Positions 1 through 7,967 are shown, numbered from the stretch's first letter. The stretch is 32,000 bases of DNA from Candidatus Saganbacteria bacterium (GCA_026387835.1 JAPLKZ010000011.1:108062-140061); one strand, 5' to 3'. Made by a program: numbers and translations. Notes: a model not told the origin generated them from the sequence alone.

Positions 1-447
1 CGTTGAAGCAAAGATGTCGTGTATCTGCTCGTCAGGCGTGTCCTCGTACATCTTGATCTCTTCAAGGACTACGTTCCTTTCCATGTCCAGGTCCTTTTCA
101 AGGTAAAGGGAGTCCAGGAAAATATCGCCCAGCACATCGGCGGCGACATTGAAATATTTATCCTGCACAACGGCATAATAGACCGTATACTCTTTTCCGG
201 TGAACGCGTTCAGCCTGCCTCCGACGCGGTCGAGTGCCTGGGCGATCTCAAAGGCCGACCTTTTTTTGGTGCCCTTGAAGGTCGTGTGTTCTATGAAATG
301 GGATATCCCCATGACGTCTTTATTTTCCGTTATCGAGCCGGCCCCGACGGTCAGGCCTATGCTTACCGAGCGAAGGTGAGGCAACTCTTCAATAGCGACT
401 TTGATGCCGTTCTCTAAAATATCTATATCGGCGTTTGGGATTTTCAT
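1..447 (-). CDS. M16 family (insulinase/pitrilysin-like) zinc peptidase, N-terminal part; gene continues past the left window edge
   Basis: Absent from the ORF track because it runs off the window. My reverse-strand translation from the ATG (complement of 445-447) reads MKIPNADIDILENGIKVAIEELPHLRSVSIGLTVGAGSITENKDVMGISHFIEHTTFKGTKKRSAFEIAQALDRVGGRLNAFTGKEYTVYY... It contains the inverted zinc motif HxxEH (HFIEH) typical of family M16. The + ORF 19..417 is its antisense shadow. Confidence 0.85.
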   Translation of the reverse strand, partial: MKIPNADIDILENGIKVAIEELPHLRSVSIGLTVGAGSITENKDVMGISHFIEHTTFKGTKKRSAFEIAQALDRVGGRLNAFTGKEYTVYYAVVQDKYFNVAADVLGDIFLDSLYLEKDLDMERNVVLEEIKMYEDTPDEQIHDIFAST

Positions 448-485
448 TTTTATTGGCGCTGAAGACGTTCAGTAATCACTTCAAC

Positions 486-1100
486 TTATCTATAAAGTCC
501 CTTCTTGTTGATATATCTCAAAACCGCCTTAGGGATCATTCTATCAATATTCTTCCCCTTTTTCATTCTTTCCCTGATATCGCTTGAAGAAAGGTCCATC
601 TTAAGTTCGAATAGTTCCACCTTGTCTTTATTGATGCTGATAGGGGGGAACTTCATTATTCTTCTGAAAGTGCGCAGCTTTGACCCCGGCCTGGTCGCTA
701 TTAAAAATTGGCAGAGTTTAAAAAGCTCCAGCGGTTTTTTCCAGCTGAGGATGCTGTTTATCGAATCAAGTCCCATAATATAGAACAATTTCGTTTCGCT
801 TCCGAAGCGCCTCTTTAATTTTTTGAAAGTGTCAATGGCATACGAGTAACCTTTTCTATCGATCTCTATCCGTGAGACGGTGAACTTTTTGCGGCCTTTT
901 AAGGCGAGGCGGACCATCTTCATCCTGGCCTGTTTCGGGGCAAGGTCCTTATCGCTTTTGTGCGGGGGAAAGCCTGTCGGGACAAATATTACCGTTTCAA
1001 GGCCGAATTCTTTTACCGCTTTTTTTGCGAGTGCGATGTGGCCGTTGTGGACAGGATTGAAAGTCCCGCCGAGGATGCCGACCCTTTTCAAACCCTGCAC
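486..1100 (-). CDS. nadD: nicotinate-nucleotide adenylyltransferase
   Basis: 204 aa. N-terminal GILGGTFNPVHNGHIALA carries the HxGH nucleotidyltransferase motif. The start overlaps the proA stop by 13 nt, matching the common proB-proA-nadD arrangement. Confidence 0.93.
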   Translation of the reverse strand: MQGLKRVGILGGTFNPVHNGHIALAKKAVKEFGLETVIFVPTGFPPHKSDKDLAPKQARMKMVRLALKGRKKFTVSRIEIDRKGYSYAIDTFKKLKRRFGSETKLFYIMGLDSINSILSWKKPLELFKLCQFLIATRPGSKLRTFRRIMKFPPISINKDKVELFELKMDLSSSDIRERMKKGKNIDRMIPKAVLRYINKKGLYR

Positions 1101-2338
1101 TGCCCGTTCCCTTCGACAATATATTTATAGGTTGTAAGCTCTTTCAGTCCCATCGGGCCACGCGCGTGTAGTTTTTGGGTGGAAATTCCTATTTCCGCGC
1201 CAAAACCGAACTCGCCGCCGTCAGTAAATCTTGTGGAAGCGTTCACGTACAACGCGGCTGAATCTATTTTTGATGTGAAGGCTTTTGCCTTTTCCGCATC
1301 TTTCGTAAGTATTGTTTCGCTGTGGTGCGAGCCGTATTTTGATATATGTTCTATCGCTTCATCAAGTCCGCTGACGACCTTTACCGCAAGTATCAGGTCC
1401 AGATATTCAGTGTACCAATCTTTCTCGACAGCGTTTTTTACCAATTTATCGATAGCTTTGGTCTTTTTGCATCCTCTGATCTCGACTCCCGTGGCTTTAA
1501 GGCGTTCGAGCATCTTCGGTAGAAAGACTCCGGCTATTTTTTCATCCACAAGCAGCGTTTCGATGGCATTACAAACCGAAGGACGCTGGACTTTGGCGTT
1601 GAACACGACATCCTCTGCCATTTTAAGATCGGCACTTTCCTCGACATAAGCGTGGCAGTTGCCGACCCCGGTCTCTATGACAGGGACCCTGGAATTTTCA
1701 ACGACCATATTGATCAATCCTGCGCCGCCCCTGGGGATCACGCAGTCGATGTATTGCCGGAGGCCGAGAAGGTCTTTTACAGCGGACCTTTCCGTTGTTT
1801 TTATGAATTCTATCGAACTTTTTGGAAGACCGGCTGAGGACGCCGCGTCCGATATTATTTTTGCGATGCAGGAATTCGTATTTACCGCGTCACTTCCGCC
1901 GCGCAGGATGACGCAGTTGCCAGCTTTGATGCAAAGGCCGGCCGCGTCAACCGTCACGTTGGGACGGGCTTCATATATTATCGCTATCGTCCCGATCGGC
2001 ACGCGGACTTTTTTTATCCTGAGGCCGTTAGGCCTGGTCCATTCTTCAATGACCTCTCCGACAGGGTCGGGAAGGCCGATCACAATATCAAGCCCTTTGC
2101 ACATCTCATCGATCCTTTTTTGGTCCAGTGCGAGTCTGTCTATAAGTGCGTTTGAAAGGCCTTTTCTGATGCCGGACTTAACATCCTTTTCATTTGCCGA
2201 CATGATCCCGGCGGAGTTTTCCTTAAGAGCCTCTGCCATCTTTTTCAATGCCGCGTTCTTTTTTCCGGCAGGGGCTACTGCAAGGAGCCGCGCCGCCAGA
2301 GCAGCATTTTTAGCTTTTATTTCCGTTTCTTTTTTCAC
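1088..2338 (-). CDS. proA: glutamate-5-semialdehyde dehydrogenase (gamma-glutamyl phosphate reductase)
   Basis: 416 aa. Aldehyde-dehydrogenase-like with a typical ProA C-terminus (NASTRFTDGGEFGFGAEIGISTQKLHARGPMGL). It lies directly downstream of proB. Confidence 0.95.
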   Translation of the reverse strand: MKKETEIKAKNAALAARLLAVAPAGKKNAALKKMAEALKENSAGIMSANEKDVKSGIRKGLSNALIDRLALDQKRIDEMCKGLDIVIGLPDPVGEVIEEWTRPNGLRIKKVRVPIGTIAIIYEARPNVTVDAAGLCIKAGNCVILRGGSDAVNTNSCIAKIISDAASSAGLPKSSIEFIKTTERSAVKDLLGLRQYIDCVIPRGGAGLINMVVENSRVPVIETGVGNCHAYVEESADLKMAEDVVFNAKVQRPSVCNAIETLLVDEKIAGVFLPKMLERLKATGVEIRGCKKTKAIDKLVKNAVEKDWYTEYLDLILAVKVVSGLDEAIEHISKYGSHHSETILTKDAEKAKAFTSKIDSAALYVNASTRFTDGGEFGFGAEIGISTQKLHARGPMGLKELTTYKYIVEGNGQCRV

Positions 2339-2371
2339 AGGATCACCATATCAAGTCCCCCCGGTCTTTTT

Positions 2372-3166
2372 TTATTTTTTATGAGATTTTGGTATAAATA
2401 GAGTCCCGATATTTTCCCCGCTCAAGATCCTTTTTACGACATCTTTTTCTTTGCTGAGCGCAATGACCAAGGGTATCCCGGCGTTCCCCGCGATAGCTGC
2501 CGCCCTGAGCTTAGTTTGCATTCCGCCGATTCCAAATGACGAATCCGAACCTTTGGCGGCCTTTTCTACCTCTTTAGTGATCTTATTGATCTCGGAAAGG
2601 ACCGTTCTGTCCTTGATGAACCCCTCCACATTGCTCAGGATAACTAAAAGGTCGGCGTCCGCAAGGTCGGCCACCAAAGCCGACAGGGTATCGTTATCTC
2701 CAAACTTTATCTCATCGACCGAAACTGTGTCGTTCTCGTTTATTATGGGGATGGCCTTGAATTTTAAAATTTGCCTGATCGTGTTCCTTGAATTTATGCG
2801 GCGCTGGAAGTTCTCGATCGCGTCCCGGGTCAAAAGCACCTGCGATACCGTGATCCCGAAAGAGGCAAAGTTTTTTTCATATTCTTTCATCAGAAGAGGT
2901 TGTCCGATGGCTGCGGCAGCCTGTTTTTCTTCAATAGTCTTAAGAGAACCTTTATGGGAAAGCTTCTGTGATCCCGCCGCGATCGCGCCGGAAGTTACCA
3001 CTATAACCTTTTTGCCGAGGTCCTTTATCAGATAAGAGATCTCTTTTGAGAGTTTTTTGAAAAGCCTGGAGTCAAGCCGGCCAGTACTGTCCGTGAGCGA
3101 GCTGGTCCCTATCTTGATGACGATCAAGGCGGCATCGGATAATGTTTGGCGAGAAAAAGTTGCCAT
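2372..3166 (-). CDS. proB: glutamate 5-kinase (short form without PUA domain)
   Basis: 264 aa. Amino-acid kinase fold motifs are present (IVIKIGTSSLT, VVTSGAIAAG, KFGDNDTLSALVA). Its length indicates that the C-terminal PUA domain is absent. Confidence 0.93.
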   Translation of the reverse strand: MATFSRQTLSDAALIVIKIGTSSLTDSTGRLDSRLFKKLSKEISYLIKDLGKKVIVVTSGAIAAGSQKLSHKGSLKTIEEKQAAAAIGQPLLMKEYEKNFASFGITVSQVLLTRDAIENFQRRINSRNTIRQILKFKAIPIINENDTVSVDEIKFGDNDTLSALVADLADADLLVILSNVEGFIKDRTVLSEINKITKEVEKAAKGSDSSFGIGGMQTKLRAAAIAGNAGIPLVIALSKEKDVVKRILSGENIGTLFIPKSHKK

Positions 3167-3174
3167 AAGAGGTG

Positions 3175-3417
3175 TCAGGCCGGGACTATGCTGACTTTTC
3201 TATTGCTTCCGAAAACGACCTTGCCGCCTGTAAGTGCGAAGAGAGTATCGTCTTTGCCGATGCCGACCCCTACGCCCGCCTTGAATTTGGTCCCTCTTTG
3301 CCTGAGTATGATAGAGCCCGCGTTGATGGTCTCCCCGCCGTAGGCTTTCACGCCGAGCCTCTGGCCGTTAGAGTCTCTGCCGTTACATGAAGTCCCTCCG
3401 CCTTTTTTATGTGCCAT
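3175..3417 (-). CDS. rpmA: 50S ribosomal protein L27
   Basis: 80 aa, beginning [29 protein letters not shown], the canonical L27 N-terminus. Confidence 0.97.
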   Translation of the reverse strand: MAHKKGGGTSCNGRDSNGQRLGVKAYGGETINAGSIILRQRGTKFKAGVGVGIGKDDTLFALTGGKVVFGSNRKVSIVPA

Positions 3418-3436
3418 GTCTGTTCTCCTAAAATAG

Positions 3437-3748
3437 TCAGGTTGATATTTTTTCGACCTGAAGCCTTGTATACTTCTGACGGTGCCCGATCGTCCTGTGG
3501 TAATTGATCTTGTTCTTATATTTGAAAGAGACGACCTTTTTATCCTTTATCTCATCAAGGACTTTGCTCTCGACGGTGGCGCCTTTTACATACGGAGTGC
3601 CGATCTTTATCGCATCATCATCCGAAACGAGCAATACCTTGTCAAACGCCACGGTCTCGTCTTTTTTTAAAGCAAGAAGTTCGACATCTATTACAGATCC
3701 CGGACCGACTTTATATTGTTTATTGCCGGACTCGATTATCGCGTACAT
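3437..3748 (-). CDS. rplU: 50S ribosomal protein L21
   Basis: 103 aa, with [14 protein letters not shown]...[11 protein letters not shown] typical of L21. It lies upstream of rpmA as in most bacteria. Confidence 0.95.
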   Translation of the reverse strand: MYAIIESGNKQYKVGPGSVIDVELLALKKDETVAFDKVLLVSDDDAIKIGTPYVKGATVESKVLDEIKDKKVVSFKYKNKINYHRTIGHRQKYTRLQVEKIST

Positions 3749-3757
3749 TATGATATA

Positions 3758-3786
3758 AATATATCAAAAAAAAATGCCCTTGTCAA
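3758..3786 (-). promoter_or_regulatory. putative promoter of rplU-rpmA(-proBA-nadD): TTGACA-17-TATATT with TG extension
   Basis: The minus strand reads TTGACAagggcattttttttTGaTATATT, then tatatcata, then ATG. The -10 box ends 9 nt before the rplU ATG and no Shine-Dalgarno is present. Confidence 0.5.
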
Positions 3787-3808
3787 CGAGAGCGTATTTT
3801 GCTATAAT
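3780..3808 (+). promoter_or_regulatory. putative promoter of infC-rpmI-rplT: TTGTCA-17-TATAAT (TGc extended -10)
   Basis: TTGTCA at 3780-3785, a 17-nt spacer, then TGCTATAAT at 3800-3808. Its -35 hexamer overlaps the -35 of the divergent rplU promoter (3781-3786). Confidence 0.5.
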
Positions 3809-3831
3809 CTCAAATAATCGGAGGCACAGAC

Positions 3832-4341
3832 ATAGCCCCAAAATATTTCTTGATAAACGAGATGATCCGAGCAAAAGAGGTCAGGGTCATTGACAGCGAC
3901 GGATCCCCGCTCGGGGTCCTTCCGACACAGACAGCTATCACCACGGCGCTTGACAAGGGGTTCGATCTTATTTTGATATCGCCGGACGCAAATCCTCCAG
4001 TATGCAGGATAGCCGACATGGGGAAGATGCGTTACGAGCAGGCAAAGAAGGAAAAACAGTCGAGAAAAGGGCAGAAAGCGGGGCAGCTTAAAGAAATAAC
4101 GCTTTCGATAAAGATCGGGGAGCATGATTTTCAGGTCAAGGCGGCCCGGGCAAAGGAGTTCCTGGAAAAAGGCTGCAAGGTAAAAGTATCTCTGCGGTTC
4201 CGCGGCAGGGAAGTGACGCATCCGGATATCGGAAGAAGGTTGATGGAAAGGATGGGAGATACTCTTTCAGTCGCAGGGAAAGTCGAGTCTTTGGCAAGTG
4301 CTGATGCCAGGAACATGATACTGATACTGTCCCCAAAATGA
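3832..4341 (+). CDS. infC: translation initiation factor IF-3 (non-AUG start)
   Basis: The ORF track starts at TTG 3850 (INEMIRAKEVRVIDSDGSPLGV...). A GGAGG at 3820-3824 lies 7 nt before an in-frame ATA at 3832, giving MAPKYFLINEMIRAKEVRVID. That matches the usual few residues before the I/L-INE-IRA-EVR motif. There is an in-frame stop at 3805-3807. The start could be either ATA 3832 or TTG 3850. Confidence 0.92.
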   Translation: MAPKYFLINEMIRAKEVRVIDSDGSPLGVLPTQTAITTALDKGFDLILISPDANPPVCRIADMGKMRYEQAKKEKQSRKGQKAGQLKEITLSIKIGEHDFQVKAARAKEFLEKGCKVKVSLRFRGREVTHPDIGRRLMERMGDTLSVAGKVESLASADARNMILILSPK

Positions 4342-4396
4342 TGAAGACCTGAAAAAACCCTTCAAAATGTGTTATTATTTATATTAAGGATACAAA

Positions 4397-4603
4397 ATGC
4401 CTAAAAACAAGATTAAAACAAGAAAAGCGGCCGCAAAGAGATTCCGTTTTACGGGGACCGGAAAGATCGTAAGAAGAAAAGCCTATAAAAGGCATATCCT
4501 TGAATCCAAGACATCTAAACAGAAAAGACGGTTAAGCAAGGATATCCTGGTGTCAAAATCTGACGAGCACCGCGTGAGATCCATGCTTGCCGGCCAAAAA
4601 TAA
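4397..4603 (+). CDS. rpmI: 50S ribosomal protein L35
   Basis: 68 aa, very basic, beginning [33 protein letters not shown]. It sits between infC and rplT. Confidence 0.95.
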   Translation: MPKNKIKTRKAAAKRFRFTGTGKIVRRKAYKRHILESKTSKQKRRLSKDILVSKSDEHRVRSMLAGQK

Positions 4604-4618
4604 GAAAGGTCTATTTAA

Positions 4619-4969
4619 ATGGTAAGGGTAAAAAGAGGATTCGTTGCAAGAAGAAAAAGAAAAAAAGTATTAAAGAGGGCTAAAGGCTTCAGAGGATCCC
4701 TCAGCAGGCTTTACCGGGCCGCGAAACAGGCCGTATATCACTCGCAAAGATATGCCACTGCCGACAGGCGAACAAGAAAAGGCGACTTCCGTGCGCTCTG
4801 GAACGCGAGGATAAACGCCGCGGTAAGAAAATACGGACTTTCATACAGCAGGTTCATCAACAGCTTAAAGAAGAACAAGATATTGCTTAACAGGAAGATG
4901 CTTTCCGACCTTGCCATCTTTGATCCAAAAGCCTTCTCAAAGATAGTCGATATTGTGAAGAGCAAATAG
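4619..4969 (+). CDS. rplT: 50S ribosomal protein L20
   Basis: 116 aa, with [26 protein letters not shown]... typical of L20. Confidence 0.96.
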   Translation: MVRVKRGFVARRKRKKVLKRAKGFRGSLSRLYRAAKQAVYHSQRYATADRRTRKGDFRALWNARINAAVRKYGLSYSRFINSLKKNKILLNRKMLSDLAIFDPKAFSKIVDIVKSK

Positions 4970-4970
4970 T

Positions 4971-5462
4971 ATGATCCAGATGGAAGTCGGCGGTTTAGGA
5001 TTTGACCCCAGGAACTTTTCCCCTCTGGTGCTGCTGAAAGACAAAGACGAACTCAATTTTCTCCCAATATGGATAGGGATATTTGAGGCGACGGCCATTG
5101 CGATGGAGCTTCAGGGCATCAAAGCCCCGCGGCCCATGACGCATGATCTTTTAAAGGATACCATAGATAAGTTCGGCGGCAAGATCACAAGGGTCGTCAT
5201 AAACGACATCAAGGAAGGCACGTTCTATGCCACGGTCGAGATCGACACTAAAGACCAGAAAAAAATGATACTTGACGCGAGGCCGTCCGACGCGATAGCC
5301 CTTGCCGTCAGGAGCAGCTGCCCTGTTTTTGTCTCTGAAGTTGTCATGATGCAGTCAAAGCTGGTCAACGCGGAAAAAGACGCCGAGGAAACCCAGAAGT
5401 TCAAAGATTTCATCGAGAACATGAAGCCGGAAGATTTCAACCAGTATTATAAGAAAGACTAA
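4971..5462 (+). CDS. bifunctional nuclease family protein (DUF151/BFN domain)
   Basis: 163 aa. FLPIWIGIFEATAIAMELQGIKAPRPMTHDLL...ARPSDAIALAVRSSCPVFV matches the BFN/DUF151 pattern from memory. Confidence 0.8.
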   Translation: MIQMEVGGLGFDPRNFSPLVLLKDKDELNFLPIWIGIFEATAIAMELQGIKAPRPMTHDLLKDTIDKFGGKITRVVINDIKEGTFYATVEIDTKDQKKMILDARPSDAIALAVRSSCPVFVSEVVMMQSKLVNAEKDAEETQKFKDFIENMKPEDFNQYYKKD

Positions 5463-5600
5463 AAAGAGCTGAAGAGCTGAAGGCTGAAGTAACCCCTCAA
5501 GATTTCCATTTGATATAATAAGAAAAGCCCCCAAGACATCCTTAAGCTGCTTTTGCAAAAACCATCGAACAATAATGAAATTCTTTGCAAATTATCACGA

Positions 5601-5609
5601 TGATATTAT
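5601..5609 (+). promoter_or_regulatory. extended -10-like box TGATATTAT, 9 nt upstream of the methyltransferase ATG
   Basis: TGATATTAT is followed by tgataacat and then ATG at 5619. No Shine-Dalgarno lies between them. A possible -35 TTGCAA at 5585-5590 is spaced only 13 nt from the TATTAT hexamer (5604-5609), too close for a standard promoter. Confidence 0.3.
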
Positions 5610-5618
5610 TGATAACAT

Positions 5619-6452
5619 ATGCTAAACGAAACATACACCGCTAAAAATATTTGGAATCTAAGCGCAACTTCGTATCATGCATATACAAAACGCTTTCGGA
5701 TGCATGCCAATATAGCAACCCGACTGATCGCAATGGCAGGATTGAGAGTTGGCGAACATGTTTTAGACTTCGGTGCTGGAACGGGAGTCGCAACCTTGAA
5801 AATCGCGGAATCCGTGGGTAATGAGGGCAGAGTCGTTGCCTATGATTTAAGTGAAAACATGCTGAAAATTGCCCAACAAGAGTGTAAGTCCCATTCCAAC
5901 ATAGTATTTGTTTTAGCACACTCTGATGAAATAAATGAAAAGCTTTGCAATGAAAAGTTTTCGGCTGCGATATGCAGCAATTCTTTTTTTCATATTGATT
6001 CAAAAGAAGCCTTTCTTAAAAGCCTTATGGGTCTATCCATGCCTGGATTCAGGATGACTTTTAGCCTTTATGAGACCGTTTTTCACGACCCTGAATATAT
6101 CAAAGGCAGAGAACAGTCAGATGATTTTTTTTCAAATATACTTTATTGCTCCAGACAAAGAGGATTTGGAAACATGCAAAGACAAGAAAGATATCAAAGA
6201 TTAGATTTTAATGCTTTATTGCGCCTTTTTGAAAAATATGGCCTAAAATTAGAGAAACCCCAAATAGAAAAAATGCAAAGACCTTTCGAAGATAGAGTTG
6301 CGTTCTTCAAGATTCCAGCAATTTTATTTGAAATTCTTCCGGGAATTCCTCTTAGCGAAGCAAGCATGATAATAAATTTAGCCTCTGCCATGACAAAGAA
6401 CAGACAAGTTCAAAATAGAAGGAGTTATCTTTTTAAGGCATCAGCCATATAA
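5619..6452 (+). CDS. class I SAM-dependent methyltransferase (substrate unknown)
   Basis: 277 aa. SAM-binding motif I (VLDFGAGTGVATLKIAE) and the post-I acidic motif (VVAYDLSENML) are present. GC looks lower than the neighbours: 21 G+C in its first 60 nt versus 28/60 at the start of tuf, by my count. Confidence 0.8.
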   Translation: MLNETYTAKNIWNLSATSYHAYTKRFRMHANIATRLIAMAGLRVGEHVLDFGAGTGVATLKIAESVGNEGRVVAYDLSENMLKIAQQECKSHSNIVFVLAHSDEINEKLCNEKFSAAICSNSFFHIDSKEAFLKSLMGLSMPGFRMTFSLYETVFHDPEYIKGREQSDDFFSNILYCSRQRGFGNMQRQERYQRLDFNALLRLFEKYGLKLEKPQIEKMQRPFEDRVAFFKIPAILFEILPGIPLSEASMIINLASAMTKNRQVQNRRSYLFKASAI

Positions 6453-6472
6453 TAAGCGTTAGGAATTTAAAA

Positions 6473-6544
6473 TGGGCGTGGTAGGGATCGAACCTACGAC
6501 CTCATCAGTGTGAATGATGCGTTCTACCACTAAACTACACGCCC
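6473..6544 (-). tRNA. tRNA-Val (anticodon CAC)
   Basis: The reverse complement is GGGCGTGTAGTTTAGTGGTAGAACGCATCATTCACACTGATGAGGTCGTAGGTTCGATCCCTACCACGCCCA. It folds as a cloverleaf: acceptor GGGCGTG/CACGCCC, anticodon stem CATCA/TGATG with loop TTCACAC, and T arm GTAGG-TTCGATC-CCTAC. No CCA is encoded. Confidence 0.95.
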
Positions 6545-6580
6545 GTGACCCTTCGACTCGCTTCGCTCGCTCAGGGTAAA

Positions 6581-6652
6581 TGGGCGCGGTAGGGATCGAA
6601 CCTACGACCTCCTCGGTGTAAACGAGGCATTCTACCACTAAACTACGCGCCC
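6581..6652 (-). tRNA. tRNA-Val (anticodon UAC)
   Basis: The reverse complement is GGGCGCGTAGTTTAGTGGTAGAATGCCTCGTTTACACCGAGGAGGTCGTAGGTTCGATCCCTACCGCGCCCA, with anticodon loop TTTACAC. It has the same architecture as its neighbour, separated by a 36-nt GC-rich spacer. Confidence 0.95.
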
Positions 6653-6692
6653 ACATGACAAATGACCGATAACTAAAACTGCTGACCAGTTT

Positions 6693-6701
6693 ATTATAAC
6701 A
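6693..6701 (-). promoter_or_regulatory. extended -10 box TGTTATAAT upstream of the tRNA-Val pair
   Basis: The minus strand reads ...tcaaTGtTATAATaaactggtcagc... about 40 nt upstream of the first tRNA 5' end (6652). Confidence 0.45.
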
Positions 6702-6712
6702 TTGATAAATTA

Positions 6713-6768
6713 CAATAAAAAAACCCGCATCGAGTGATACGGGGTTTGATCTTTTAAGACCTAATGCT
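6713..6768. terminator. bidirectional rho-independent terminator module, repeat copy 1
   Basis: The sequence is caataaaaaaaCCCGcATCgagtGATaCGGGGtttgatcttttaagacctaatgct. It is a hairpin flanked by an A-run and a T-run, and about 90% identical to 7378-7434. Confidence 0.7.
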
Positions 6769-6881
6769 AATATCTGTAAAATCGTAAAAACCGTAAAATC
6801 AGTGAAATTTACAAATAAAGCTGTCGATAACAATCTGTGAAGAATCGGTCTTCAAAAATTTAATTAAGAAAGGCAAACAAC

Positions 6882-7358
6882 ATGAGCGATGCAGCAATAG
6901 GCCCGACAAATTTAATAGACACTACGATTTCTATGAACCAAGACCTCGTCAAAGAATACCAGAAGCTCTATCAGTCGACAAATACTAGTTTAAAGGACAA
7001 GCAGACTTATAGTAATTGTATCGTCGGCGTCTCATTGAGTATCATAATTCTTAACGCTGCAAAGGCACTGAGCAGCACCAACGAAGCAATAAGGGTTCAG
7101 GCGGTCAAAAGCGTTGCAACGAAGCACAAGGACAATTATCCTGCAATCGGACTTTTATCGAAAGTACTTAGTCAAGATCCAAGCAACACGGTCCGTATTG
7201 AGGCTGTAAAAGCTATCTCGGTTATAGGCGGACGTGATGCCGAACAAATACTTGTTGACAATCTCAGAAAACAGTCCGCCGCTGTTCGTAAGGAAATTGT
7301 TAATGCTCTGAAGGAAGTCGTGGAGACCAATGATAAGGCGCTGCGAGATTTGCGTTAA
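6882..7358 (+). CDS. small HEAT-like repeat protein (function unknown)
   Basis: 158 aa. It contains repeated helical units resembling PBS-lyase/HEAT-like repeats (EAIRVQAVKSVATK.., DPSNTVRIEAVKAISVIGG.DAEQILVDNL.., SAAVRKEIVNALKEV). A weak Shine-Dalgarno (gaaagg) precedes the ATG. Confidence 0.55.
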   Translation: MSDAAIGPTNLIDTTISMNQDLVKEYQKLYQSTNTSLKDKQTYSNCIVGVSLSIIILNAAKALSSTNEAIRVQAVKSVATKHKDNYPAIGLLSKVLSQDPSNTVRIEAVKAISVIGGRDAEQILVDNLRKQSAAVRKEIVNALKEVVETNDKALRDLR

Positions 7359-7377
7359 AAACACAATCTCTTGTAAA

Positions 7378-7434
7378 CAATAAAAAAACCCCGCATCGAG
7401 TGATACGGGGTTTGATTTTTTAAGGCCTAGTACT
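7378..7434. terminator. bidirectional rho-independent terminator module, repeat copy 2
   Basis: The sequence is caataaaaaaaCCCCGcATCgagtGATaCGGGGtttgattttttaaggcctagtact. It sits between the convergent 3' ends of the HEAT gene (+) and the RRM gene (-). Confidence 0.8.
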
Positions 7435-7436
7435 GA

Positions 7437-7745
7437 TTAGTACGCGTTGAAGCCTCTGTTGCCTCTGCCTTCGCGTCTTCCGCCTCCGCCGCTGCCTTCT
7501 GACTTCGGCTTGGCTTCGTTGATGGTAAGCTCTCTGTCGCCCCATTTGTAGCCGGTCAATCCTTCGATGGCTTTCTGGGCGTCAGCGTCTTCCATGTCAA
7601 CAAAACCGAATCCTCTGGATTTTCCAGAGAACTTGTCGGTGACAACCCTTGCAGATATCACGTTACCGAACTGGGAGAATTTCTCCTGAAGATCGGCATC
7701 GGCTACTGACCAGGGAAGGTTCCCGACAAATATCGTCTTTGCCAT
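7437..7745 (-). CDS. RRM-type RNA-binding protein with Gly/Arg-rich tail
   Basis: RNP1 (KSRGFGFVDM) and RNP2 (TIFVGNL) motifs are present, and the C-terminus is SGGGGRREGRGNRGFNAY. I chose the internal ATG at 7745 (MAKTIFVGNL) because AGGAG lies 7 nt upstream. The track ORF starts at 7790. Confidence 0.9.
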   Translation of the reverse strand: MAKTIFVGNLPWSVADADLQEKFSQFGNVISARVVTDKFSGKSRGFGFVDMEDADAQKAIEGLTGYKWGDRELTINEAKPKSEGSGGGGRREGRGNRGFNAY

Positions 7746-7952
7746 ATTGGACTCCTGACATATTTTTCTGTTGCTTAATGGCGTTTTCAAAAGGACACAG
7801 CAGCTTATTTGACAGCCGGCCTGAAAAAATAACCAGATCTACAGTCTATCCGGTTACATGTCAAAAAAACATCTTACCATTAAACCTCGACCTTTGACAT
7901 AATTATTATACCATAACCTTACCCTGTCAATAGGGCTTTTGCCTATTTATAA

Positions 7953-7961
7953 TGTTATAAT
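7953..7961 (+). promoter_or_regulatory. extended -10 box TGTTATAAT exactly 6 nt upstream of the yqeY ATG (leaderless candidate)
   Basis: TGTTATAAT is followed by aataat and then ATG at 7968, with no Shine-Dalgarno. Confidence 0.45.
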
Positions 7962-7967
7962 AATAAT

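Noticed and set aside
19-417. 132-aa + strand ORF at the left edge
   Set aside because: The opposite strand encodes a clear M16 peptidase N-terminus (HFIEH motif) with an ATG at 447. The + ORF has no recognisable motif and is an antisense shadow.
1179-3035. + strand ORFs of 156, 241 and 194 aa
   Set aside because: They are antisense to proA and proB, which have strong family motifs. Their sequences are low-complexity Ser/Pro/Ala-rich, typical of shadow frames.
3809-3831. L20-binding leader or T-box upstream of infC-rpmI-rplT
   Set aside because: Only ~20 nt lie between the predicted -10 box and the start region, too short for the known structured leaders. The 55-nt infC-rpmI spacer shows no convincing pairing.
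3802-4336. Minus-strand ORFs (139, 69, 61 and 66 aa) opposite infC
   Set aside because: They are antisense to IF-3 and have no motifs. The 139-aa ORF would also run across the infC promoter and Shine-Dalgarno.
5466-5489. Three tandem 8-mers (gagctgaa gagctgaa ggctgaag) after the BFN gene
   Set aside because: It is too short to be meaningful, sits in a 3' untranslated spacer, and has no hairpin or further copies in the window.
6459-6833. 124-aa minus-strand ORF
   Set aside because: It reads through both tRNA-Val genes and the terminator repeat, so it is not a protein gene.
6453-6881. Integrase, attachment site or prophage remnant next to the tRNA-Val pair
   Set aside because: No ORF with recombinase motifs is present, and I found no duplicated tRNA 3' segment in the window. 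Only the compositional shift and terminator duplication are reported.
7790-7967. Promoter of the RRM gene (TTGACA at complement of 7859-7864) and a cold-shock-type long 5' UTR
   Set aside because: The best -10 candidate 17 nt downstream is TAGATC, which lacks the invariant final T. A second candidate -35 turned out to be ATGTCA on re-reading. I cannot support a specific call.
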